64,000 bases of DNA from Yuukianura sp. NJ FZ-2021 (taxonomy: Eukaryota), in NCBI GenBank assembly GCA_046563655.1, contig CM102289.1:9114001-9178000 (forward strand), in the 5' to 3' direction. A program made the translations under genes and the position numbers. How positions within the stretch are numbered: the first letter of the stretch is position 1; every line of letters begins with the position of its first letter. Below are positions 39,701 to 49,426 of this stretch, piece after piece. The notes beneath the pieces were generated by a model. It was given only the letters and a program-made list of their open reading frames with translations, had not been told where the DNA came from and made no database searches.

Positions 39701-42700
39701 TTTTAAAGATTGTGACCTCATTTGACCTTTGTTGATTTTAACAAAAATGAAGCACAAAGCTTTCAGGAAAAAAAATTGGGAGGCCGTAATTAGGAAATTT
39801 ACGGTATTATGCTTTTCCAGAACGGTTCCGAGAAAAAAGTTTAGGAAAAACGGAGAAAGTAAAAGTTTTTTCCCGCTTTTTCTCGGTTTTTTCTTCAAAC
39901 TTTTTTCTCCCTTTCTTAAAGTCTATGTTCCTTGTGCCATTTCTTCTTAAAGTCTCGTATGTCAGTGCCAACTTTTCTATTGTGGACAGATGACCCCTTG
40001 ATAGGTTCAAGTGCCCCTCTTCACTCAAGTTGAACTCTGAGATGGACTTTGGAGTTGCCAGATTTAGAGTTGTGTGCCAAGGAAGGAGGTTAGCTCAGGT
40101 CTCATTTTCTACATGAATGGTCTCTTTAGTGAGACTCCAAAGCCACTTAAACTAGATTAGAAAAATTTGAAATATAAAATGGAGGCGCACAAACTTCCTG
40201 GTCAACGCCCGTAATTGAACAAAGAGAGACAAGCTCACTCAGCACAAAATTCTGGACAGATCAAAAAAGCTTTTTTGAGAGTCAAATGTCCAGTAGTGGA
40301 ACTTTTTTTGAAAACCGAAATTGAATCAGAGTGCGTGAAGTCAAAAGGGGAAAAGTTTTGCAATGAAACAAGGTAATATCCTCCCCTCCTCCTCCAAATT
40401 GCAAACAGGAAATTAATGGCAAGGAACTTATAGCTCAGCGTCTCTCGTCACAATGGAAACCATTGGAACCGTTTTCACGGTTTGCTCAAATGACTCAGAA
40501 AAGTTGTAATGGAAGTCATCATGCTACCGACGGAAAGCAAAAAAAATTTCAACTGCAATTTCAAAATTCTAAACAATTTGGAGCATAAAAAAACGCTCGG
40601 CAGAAAAAAATAAACTGAAAATTCTTTTCTTCTGCAAAAGTTGTGATTTCTATCGAAACTTTTTCTGTCGGAATTTTTGCAAATCTCGAAAAGTTTGGAG
40701 AAACTTGTGAATTTGGAAGAGATCTTTTCAAAAAACTGGAGTAAGCGTTGCACTATTTGAGCAGTGATTTGAGAAAATTGAATAGACAGGAAGGAATTGA
40801 GCCCTGGGGAAAGGTACAACGACACTCCAAAATCTGCCATAATGATCATGCAGTGCGGGAGATTTTGAAAAAAAGTAAAATTTTGCATCTTTCAAATAAC
40901 CAAAATTCAGAGAGAAAAAAACACCGTGACAAAATCAAGTCTCAACAGGAAACAGACAGACACAAAAAAAAAAGTTTCGAAACTTCACTTTCTTCAACCA
41001 AACCAAAAGTGACACAAAACTAGGGAGAGAGCATTTTTTTCTTTTCTAGAAAAAAGAGCAGGAAAATAAGAGTTTTTTGCCTTCTCTTGACTTTCTCCAT
41101 GCTTTCTTTCTGAATTCTTGAACTTTGAAGTGTGCTTTTGAAGACGGATGGAGGGTAAGAGAGGAGGACGCAATTAAGTGGCATGTCCCTCTCCTATTCA
41201 CTTTCTTAAATTGAATTAAATGTTCCCTAATGGTAATGACTTTACCAAAACTTTCTCTCTCTCCTTTCTCCAGACGACGTTCTGCACTTTTTCAAACTAA
41301 GCGCATCTTTTTTTCAAAGTTCAATGCACCATGTTGTCTCTACGTTCAAAATTTATGGCTCTCCGACCTTGTAGAATTGTCGCAACTCCGGATTTTTGTT
41401 TCTGTAATGAAAAATTTTGGATTCTGTTGCAGCAAACTGAATTTTTGAATACTCGAATTTTCATATTTCAAATTTTTAGGGGTGGGAGGTTGAGTGAAGA
41501 CAAAAATCTAAATTTTAGTAAATTTTTGGCGAAATTTTTTGAATTTGGTGTTCTTTGTTAGTTCCGCCAATGGTGAAGATTCAGCATCAACTGATTGGCT
41601 CTCCGCCTGGGTACACTGTGACACTGGAGTGTGAGACGGAAGCACATCCAGCATCACTCAACTACTGGACAAGAGAAGATGGTCACATGATCCATGACAG
41701 TAAAAAGTACAGAACTGAATCCACTGTTGGCACACCAGCTTATATTACCATCATGAGACTCACGGTGGTCAACATTGAAGTCAGGGACTACGGAATCTAC
41801 AAGTGCATCGCCAAAAATCCACGCGGAGAAACAGAAGGCTCAATACGTCTCTACGGTAAGATTCAAAAATTTCACAAAATTTGGAAAAAATTTGAATTTA
41901 GAAACTCGTTTTTTGATTTTGTTTCAGAGACGCCTTCTCCCACAACAACCCCTCCCCCAACAACAACTACTAAAATTTCTTACAAAAAGTACAAGGGTGA
42001 GTGAAAGCAAAAAAAATCAAAATTTCGAAATCAAGAAGAAGGTAGTATAATGGTAGGGATAAATTTCAAAAAGATCAAAGCCGTTTCAAACTTATTATTT
42101 CAAATTGAGCTACACTTATTTTTTGAAAAAGTGAAATCAGAAACCTTTGATTGGAAGGAAAATTCAAATGTTTAAAAAAATTCTTGTTGTGCTTTTTTGC
42201 AGATCAAAGAGAAAAGAATGATCTGTCGTCGAATTCAAGGAATCCAAGCTCGTTAGTCATCAGTTTCACTGACAAAGGTAACAAATACGAAAAAATCAAA
42301 ATGTTACACAACTTATACATATAATAATACATTTTATAATATATACTATGTGAAATTGTGCTAAAGTTCTGAAAAGTTATGTCAAGTTGAACAAATTCTA
42401 AGAGATTTATGACATAACACACAAAAGTTGCCAATAAAATTTCATAGTTGGTTAAAATCAAAAAGTTAAAAAAAATCACAACTTAAATTCCATTTAAAAT
42501 TTTGTAGACAAAATAACAAAATTGTGGAACAAAACTTTAGTTTGAAATGAAGTTGTATTCCATATTTCTCCTAATCAAAATTTGGCCCAAATTTGAGTTA
42601 GTATTTGCTTGTTGGAGCAATGGAATTGACATTTGAGGAGAAAGTTGTTCATTTTCAGCCAGGAATTTTAGTTTTGGGGTGACTTGTGGGAAAGTTGTAA

Positions 42701-44158
42701 GCGACGTTGTCGCTACCAATGTCGCCGCAGTACTTCACTAGTGGGAAGCAGCTGCTAAACTTGTTATTTCTCATTTAATTGGATACTCAACCACAAATTC
42801 ACACCAGTTTCCACAAGTCACGTTGATAGGCCTACAACTTTCCAATTCACTTTCGCCAACAAAGCGCCCCAAAATTTTATTGAATTTGTTGTGCCCTCTA
42901 GCTGTTATGGAAAAGTGGAAAAATAATTACTTGAATGAGGCATCAAGTCAACACGGTCACTCACCACACTTTGGACCAATAACTGAATTATGATTAAATT
43001 TTAGAAAATGTTGACATTTTCCGAAATTTCGGTTTTGATTTGATGTTTTCTGAAATGTTATTTTGGTTTTACTTTTGAATAGGAGCGGGCTATCCATCTA
43101 GTATGAATGCGGCTGACAAATCGGAGCAAAGATCCACAAAATTGGGCCCTACAAATTCAGAGTCCTATGACTGGCAAGAGGGAAACCAACCATGTAAGTT
43201 CTTTCAAAATCTCACTTTCGCGCCTTTCGCGCGTCTCTCGTAGTCATTAATCACACCGTGGGTTGCCACAGGGCACACACCAATTTCAAGCTTCACACAG
43301 TCAATAACATCAAAAACCAAAATCAGGGAGGCGGGAGGCTCCGAAATGATACAAAATTCTCTTTTTCCAAAATTCAAAAGAAAGTTGAAAAGATTTTTCC
43401 AAAAATTTCTTTTTACTTTGAAGGTAAACCATCAAAATTCTAATTTAGAACGCACAAATTTTGAGATATTTGTGAATACAAATTGATGTGAAGAAGCAGT
43501 GACATATTACCGCGCGGACGTTTGAATTTAAATAGCAAAACTAAAAAAAGTGAAAGCAGAGTGTGAAAAACGATGAGAACTTTTTCTCTTTTCCGCATGG
43601 TGTTTTCCCATGGCTTTCAAAAGGCTATTCCACATGTCAGGTTTCCACTACTTGATTCCGATTCAACTTTTAAATTATTTTTTAACTTACCTAAATAGAA
43701 CATTGAAAATAAGTTCCGAATGGCATCAGTACTTGGTTTTGAAATAAGTTGGAAGTGAATAGACTTAGGTTTGAGCTTGTTTTTGAATAGGTTCTTCAAA
43801 TAACTTTCTCTAAAAGTGTGCGAAAAGAGAAAGGAGGCTCCTGGGACACAATAACAGGCCCATTTCCATTAATTATTCAGTACTTCCCACACTACACAGT
43901 TCAAATGGATCCACTTTCACTTTAACACTAACCAAATCACACCCCTCTTTGGTTTAGATTTACACTAAAGTGTTAAATCCAACACAACTGAGAGGTCAAT
44001 GACCTCTAACAATCCAATTAATTAAAATTTACAATTAATTGATCTTAAAACTAATTAACATTTTTTCAGCTTCGGGCATGACGCGTGTAGATGCCTCTGC
44101 GATGTCTGTCGTAATCCTAATAGACGCCACAACTATGCTCCTGTACTATTTTTTATAA
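18704..44158 (+). CDS. Dpr-interacting protein (DIP-epsilon/zeta-like; lachesin/IgLON family), 3 Ig domains, probably GPI-anchored; exons 18704-18767, 29945-30057, 34039-34246, 36573-36731, 36813-36887, 37057-37110, 41562-41855, 41928-41996, 42203-42277, 43083-43193, 44070-44158
   Basis: Signal peptide MFQATSTLFLILSLCVGNSISG; Ig1 ENITVPAGREVKLAC...VAWIHFE...RNPRI...YMCQINT; Ig2 VPPNIDDS..SSD.IVRE...CVASNGVPPAVSKRIKVSVDFPP; Ig3 ECETEAHP.SLNYW...YKCIAKNPRGETEG; Thr-rich stalk; hydrophobic C-terminus. All junctions are phase-compatible GT-AG. Confidence 0.9.
19685..19777. repeat. Direct duplication of a ~42-bp segment (AGACAGAAAGAAGG.AAATTTCGAGAAA...CTTAAATTTT)
   Basis: Two near-identical copies ~51 bp apart. 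Confidence 0.75.
20052..20092. repeat. (GAG)n microsatellite
   Basis: Direct reading; explains the spurious poly-Ser ORF on the minus strand. Confidence 0.85.
21238..21540. repeat. Degenerate ~30-bp minisatellite (core TTGACTTTCACCAAAAAGT), about 9 copies
   Basis: Recurrent TTGACTTT(C/T)ACCAAAAA core at roughly 30-bp spacing. Confidence 0.8.
25825..26232 (-). CDS. Intronless small type-I membrane protein (135 aa) nested antisense in a DIP intron
   Basis: ATG at 26232 (MELSLHSGVFWLILALLFPNVYC, signal-peptide-like), short lumenal part, TM (WTIILPALGGAVAAGLLIAATLFCF), acidic patch, basic C-terminus KKAKRARRNVS; coding-like composition versus flanks. Confidence 0.72.
   Translation of the reverse strand: MELSLHSGVFWLILALLFPNVYCTSYYEMTGPTGETYIEPVWSMSNVSWTIILPALGGAVAAGLLIAATLFCFGSGGGARKNNFKSDLKVEEDDEEPVEKISTSKGKPVALTPEAILEEATNSSKKAKRARRNVS
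30775..30915. repeat. Degenerate repeat (TTTTGAAGAGAAA..TGCATTTTG units)
   Basis: 3-4 imperfect copies visible. Confidence 0.6.
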
Positions 44159-46854
44159 ACCAAACCAAGGAATGCCTCCTACACGTCTGTCAACACAAAA
44201 AATTCTGAAAAACCAAAATTCAAAATTTTGAATTCATTCTCTTTTCAGTAATTTAAGTTTCTTTTTCCAAAATTTGAATATGGTTTTGCCCAAAACTTTA
44301 AGATTAGACAATGCCCATCGCTCAAAGTCAAAAGTATGGACAGTTTTTTTTTAAAAGAAATTTGAAATCCAAAGTTTTCTAAGTTTGAGTTTGACCTCTG
44401 CGACCTCTAGTGAACTGCTGCTGCTAAATTTAAAATGTGGCTGACGTCACTGCGGAGTGTAAAGTCAAGAAATAGCAGGGTATTTTCCTAGTGAATTTCC
44501 CATTCCCATAGACTTTAACGAACACTTAGCCTACGAAATTGAACTTTATTGTGCCCTTGTTCGCTTAGATTGACAAATTACTAATTAAGTTAAGTTAATT
44601 AAATGTAGCAAGTGTAGTATTATGCAATGCACTTAATTGTCTCAACTTAAAAACCAATTTGCACTATTTCCAGTTTAAATGCAAACCTATCACGCTGTGT
44701 GACCTTTGTTCCTACAACCAATCAGTTTTACTCAGTCGGAAAAGTTAGTTGCTGAAATCAAAAGAACTGTGGCTAACTTAATTAAATTTAAACTATGTAT
44801 TAAAATAAATAAACATAGTTAACTAAACATAAAGCTAAAGCAATTAATTAATTGTAAGAAATTCAACTGCACTGCACAACAAAACATAATTTCTAATGAG
44901 AATATTGTCAAATATTTATTACAAAAAATAAATTGAACTTTGGCAGAGGTCACTTCTAACACCTAAAACTTTTTTTTTCAGTTTGAGAATCAAATTTTCC
45001 AAAAATTGTGTTTTTTTTTACTGTCGCTGTCACTTGAGAGAAACCTCCCTCCACAGAAATTGGAAAGATTTGTCTTCTCGGTTTAAGTTTTGCTCAATCT
45101 ACTCTAATCTGACAAATCTTTTTCGCATTTTGCTCAAACTCGATCCTGTTTCAAAAAAAATTTTGGAAACTGTTTTTTGTCAGTCTGTTTCAGTTAAAGT
45201 TGGGATTTAGCAATTGTGTCGAAAAATTGCGTTCATGGAAATTAATTAAGTGCGGAGATGACTCATGAAATGGTGTTCAGAGTCTTAATTTGCCCCATTG
45301 GACAGGGATGGACGATTGGAAATTGAAAGAAAGTATATTTATTAGTTGGTGAAAGTGACGACAGAAGATTCAGTTGGAGACAATGTCCACTTATGGTCCA
45401 TCAATCCACCTTGGTCGGATTGTTCATTAGTTACTCCCTCCGCCCTTTCTCCCCTAAGAACCAAGTCCAGAAATGATCTCATTACTTCCACTCAGTCTCT
45501 CCACCATGACATCTTCTCTTCTTTTCAAATTCTACCCGCCTTTTCTCATCCCTCCGATTCGGATTTCATTCCACCGTCTCCTCTTCCCCTACCAATTATT
45601 CCCCCTCTTCCCAGCCACTAATCAACTTTTCTCTTGCCCAACACATATCCGATGCTTCACCAATACTAAGTCAAGTAAAACACTCATGTCAACATCAAAA
45701 TCTCACAAAAACTCAAAAAGTTTACAATATTTTGAAAAATTTTGAACATTTGCAACGTAATTTCCCTAAGCTTCTAGAATGGTAGCAGCGTTTGTTGTGA
45801 AAGTTTGGCAATTTTAGGATAGGTTCAGTTTTTCTGCAAATTTTGACAAATTACGAAAAATGTGAGTTCTTTTTTTTATATTTTTAGAAATTGTAACAAA
45901 AATATTTTTTTTAAAAAATACACAAGGTTTATCTTTTGATTAAAGGAGTGTCAAAAATAGAAAACTTTTAAAAGTACAGACTTTGTTTTTAGTTTTCCGG
46001 CACTTTTTTCAGTTTTTTGAACTTGGTGACAGGAAACTTGTGTTTCCAAAAAAGTTTTTGTGTCTCACCTCTTTTTGAAATTAGATTTAAGAAAGACAAA
46101 ATGAACTGTCAACAGACCGACTTTACCTCCAACCCCTTCCGCTTCAGCGTCTAAACCTCCGGTTTATTCGGATGGAAAGAAATCAAGCCTAGTGCTGAAT
46201 TAGGTCCAGCAGTGGCAGGAAACCAGGAAGAAAGGTAGAAAAACTTTTATTTTGGTATTCGGTTGATCCGCTTCGGATTTATTTGGAACTGAGGAGGGAA
46301 AAGAAAGTCCAAAGAATTCCAAATCCAGCAGAGCTCCTTTCTGAAGGATTGAAGGCACAAAATCATCAAAGTTTGACAGGAACACCAAACTACGGGAGCA
46401 GAATAAAGAAAAAGTTGGTGGATTGAGGAAAAGAGAAAGTCCACCCCCATGGCGATTCAGCACACTTTCTAACGTTAGGATTTGAGACACAAGATACCTT
46501 CTATTTTCAGTTACTTTTTGACTTCGATTGTTTCTTTTCTGGCGCGGGAAAGTTTGAAAAAGAAAAACTAAGAGAAAGTTGTGTGTCTTAAAGCCTAATG
46601 GGCTTAATGAAGCCCAGGGATTTTCTGGGTTTCTAAAAAAGAGCAGTTTGTAAGTTGCCAAATTGAACAAAGTACAAAACAAAAGAACAACAAAATTTTT
46701 ATGAAAAGAAACAGTAACAAAAACTAAAAATACTAACTAATATTTCGAAATTTGCTAGTTTTACAATAAGAATATGATGGAAACTATTAGGTTAAAGTGA
46801 ATACAAGTTTTGGCGCCATTTCTGAACAGACGATGATTTACTGACAGCTCAAAA

Positions 46855-46910
46855 ATGAAAATTATTCCCAGTGTTAACTTAAAATTTTAACAACTGCGGA
46901 ACATTTTCAT
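46855..46910 (-). ncRNA. pre-miRNA hairpin, miR-3/309/318 seed family; predicted 3p ACACUGGGAAUAAUUUUCAUUU
   Basis: Minus strand AUGAAAAUGUUCCGCAGUUG-loop-ACACUGGGAAUAAUUUUCAU folds back; seed CACUGGG; CAUC (CNNC) 18 nt 3' of the predicted mature end. Confidence 0.75.
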
Positions 46911-46989
46911 GCTCTGCTGCAGAACAGGCTGAAGAATGTTTACTTTTTGGCTGCTGTTGTTGTTTTCTGTTGAATTTCGGCGACATTTT

Positions 46990-47072
46990 TGCAAAAACAT
47001 TAGCAACTAACTACCCGGTGACATTTGCATGACGCATGCCTACCGACGCAACTAGTTACTAATTTTAGTGCA
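46990..47072 (-). ncRNA. pre-miRNA hairpin, miR-35/36 seed family, copy A; predicted 3p UCACCGGGUAGUUAGUUGCUAA (47021-47000)
   Basis: 5p arm UUAGUAACUAGUUGCGUCGGUAG pairs with the 3p arm; basal UGCA stem; CNNC (CGCC) at +18. Confidence 0.85.
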
Positions 47073-47140
47073 ATTGAAGAGCTCCTGTGCTTGAGATTCC
47101 TCCAGAAACGATGTGAAGATGATGATGCGGCGACATTTTT

Positions 47141-47221
47141 TGCAACAATATTAGCAACTAACTACCCGGTGACATTTGTAAAACATGACTACCGACGCAA
47201 GTAGTCGCTAATTTTAGTGCA
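47141..47221 (-). ncRNA. pre-miRNA hairpin, miR-35/36 seed family, copy B; predicted 3p UCACCGGGUAGUUAGUUGCUAA (47172-47151)
   Basis: Mature arm identical to copy A, different loop; 5p arm UUAGCGACUACUUGCGUCGGUAG; CNNC at +19. Confidence 0.85.
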
Positions 47222-47287
47222 ATTGAAGAATCCGTGTTGATTGACATCATTGGAGAAGAGGTGAAGATGTTGACGCGGCGACATTTT

Positions 47288-47368
47288 TGCAAAAATATGA
47301 GCAACTAAATACCCGGTGACATGCTTGAAGCTTGACTACCGACGCAAGTAGCTACTAATTTTAGTGCA
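47288..47368 (-). ncRNA. pre-miRNA hairpin, miR-35/36 seed family, copy C; predicted 3p UCACCGGGUAUUUAGUUGCUCA (47319-47298)
   Basis: Seed intact, two 3' substitutions; 5p arm UUAGUAGCUACUUGCGUCGGUAG; CNNC at +18. Confidence 0.82.
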
Positions 47369-47405
47369 ATTGGAGAAGTCCGTGTTGAATTTCTGTCAGT
47401 TTAAA

Positions 47406-47460
47406 CATGAAGATGATTCCCAGTGATAATTTGCATTAACTACTGCGGAACATCTCCATG
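47406..47460 (-). ncRNA. pre-miRNA hairpin, miR-3/309/318 seed family; predicted 3p UCACUGGGAAUCAUCUUCAUGU
   Basis: CAUGGAGAUGUUCCGCAGUAG-loop-UCACUGGGAAUCAUCUUCAUG near-perfect stem; CAAC (CNNC) at +18; paralog of the 46855-46910 hairpin. Confidence 0.82.
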
Positions 47461-47541
47461 GTCCACTGCAGAGCATGAGTTGGACACAATTGTTGACATG
47501 AGCAATTGCGGACCATCCGAAGAGGTCTTCGGTCAATGCTA

Positions 47542-47580
47542 GACTGACTGCCAAGGAAACCAAAATCCGGCAGTTTTATA
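47542..47580 (-). promoter_or_regulatory. Candidate TATA + Initiator core promoter of the miRNA cluster
   Basis: Minus-strand TATAAAA at 47580-47574; the A of GCAGTC at 47549 is 31 nt downstream, overlapping a consensus arthropod Inr TCAGTC (47547-47542). Confidence 0.6.
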
Positions 47581-49426
47581 GCCAGCAAAAGGAGTCACAA
47601 GTAAGAATTTCAAATTCTAAAATTCTACTCCTCTTTTTAAAACAATGGCAATTTTCTGGGTAAAAACAAAACCCAGGAATTAGTTTTTGAAAAATTCTAA
47701 AATTAGAAAAACTCAAACACGGAAACATACAATGCCAACAATGCAAAAGGCTTAGCCCTTTTCTTAAAAAAGCTTTTTCAAGAAACAAACAATACAACAA
47801 TGCAAAAATAAGTTTCTGAAAAGCCTGTATTTCTCAAGTTTAGTTTTTTTCTTAGAAAATTGGACATTTTCGGCTTTGCACAAGCCGAAAATAGATCCAT
47901 GAATTTTGAACAAATTCTGTCACATGAAATTCTTGTTACTTTTTTAGTTTCATTTTACCTTCATGTTTGAACTGTCGGTTTGAATTTGAACAGAAAGTAA
48001 ATGTCAACTTTTGCGGAGGGGAAATTCAGAATGTTGACAGAGATCATTCAAGGAATCATGCTTGTAACTCCCTAACTTTCTCCTACCTCAAGAAAAGTTT
48101 TCCTCAAAATTTCGGTTTTTTTTGCTTTTAATGGAAAATGTATAAAGTAAACTTTGGGTTTCCCTTGATTCCTTCCTGAAATTCCTCTCCTTCCATCATC
48201 ATCTAAAGGCAGGAGAAACTTTTAGCCTACTTTGAGAGAATACAAGATGAGGCAAGGACCATCTTCTTCCCGTTTTGCATGAGCGGACTCAATAGACAAA
48301 CCAAAGAGGGTTAACTTTACCTTTTTCAAAAAAAAAACTAAAAAACTAAAAAAAGACTCGAAAACTTAAAAAAAACTAAGGGCTCCTTCCCTTTGGAGCT
48401 TGGAAAAGGAGCCCTTAGCTTTCAAGAAGCAAAAAGTTTACAACTTTTCAGTGTATTTCAGCGTTCATTAAGCTTTTATTTCTTATGTTTTCAGTTTAAA
48501 ATTAAAACTTTTTTGTAATTGGCGTAAAACAAAGTGTAAAAAATAAGCTTTTTATGTTATTTTTTGGGAAAAAAAAAGTCTAAAAATTTTCGAAGAATAT
48601 TAAGACTATAATGACATTAGGCTAATTTGAAGGATCTTGTAAGAAGAAAGTTGTTTAATTTTGGCTTAAGTGCTCCTGTGCCCTTTGCCAAGGGCCTAAA
48701 TTGTGATTCATGATTTCGGAAAGTTGGAAGGCGAAGGGCCCCCTCTCTCCATTTAATTACTTTCTCCTCTTCTTTGGCTTCAATCCAAAACTAAAATGAA
48801 AATTTCTAAATTTCAGGACCAAAGTTCAGTTTTTCTGGTAGAGTTGACGTTGACCTGGCCTTGAACTTTTTTTTTTGAAACAGTTAGAGGCTATGTTCAA
48901 TTAGTTTTGATTTGGGATAGGACTGGGTTGTAATTTGGAAAAAGAGAAAGTTGTGTTAGGGTATGTTTAGGTTAGGTTTTGGTAGTGAATTGATGAGTGT
49001 CGGAGGAATTAAATCAGGGGGAAGGAATCAAAGGAGAAAGTTCTTTTTCAGCTCAAGTTCAAATGACAAGGGAGGGAAGAATGGGAGGCAAATTGTAATT
49101 CATTTCACGCAAGACGCCAGAGAAAGAAGGGAGAAGGGTGACCGAAGTCTCCCGGGTCACCAAAGTGACAACTTCGCTTCGCAGCATTACAAAATTCCAA
49201 CCCGGAAAACACAAAAAGAAATTTGGTGCATTGATTGTTACATAAAACGTTTTTTAACATAGTTTTTGATAAGGACGATCCTAAACATTTAAATTGTGAC
49301 AAATGTTTTGAGTTTTATTTGTTTAAGATTTTTTTAGTTTTCAAAAATATATAATGCTATTTTTTGTTTGAGGTGTGACATTTTGCTTTGCTTTTTTGCT
49401 GTTGTGTTGTGCCTTGTTTGTTTTGC

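Noticed and set aside
46978..47385. CRISPR-like or coding interpretation of the 150-bp repeats
   Set aside because: Eukaryotic intron-rich context with no cas genes; spacers are homologous to each other; the frames translated contain stops; the miRNA hairpin model explains the conservation pattern.
47512..47573. Possible sixth hairpin (3p UGACCGAAGACCUCUUCGGAUG)
   Set aside because: Bulged weak stem, no recognised seed, and its 5p arm lies between the TATA box and Inr, upstream of the predicted TSS.
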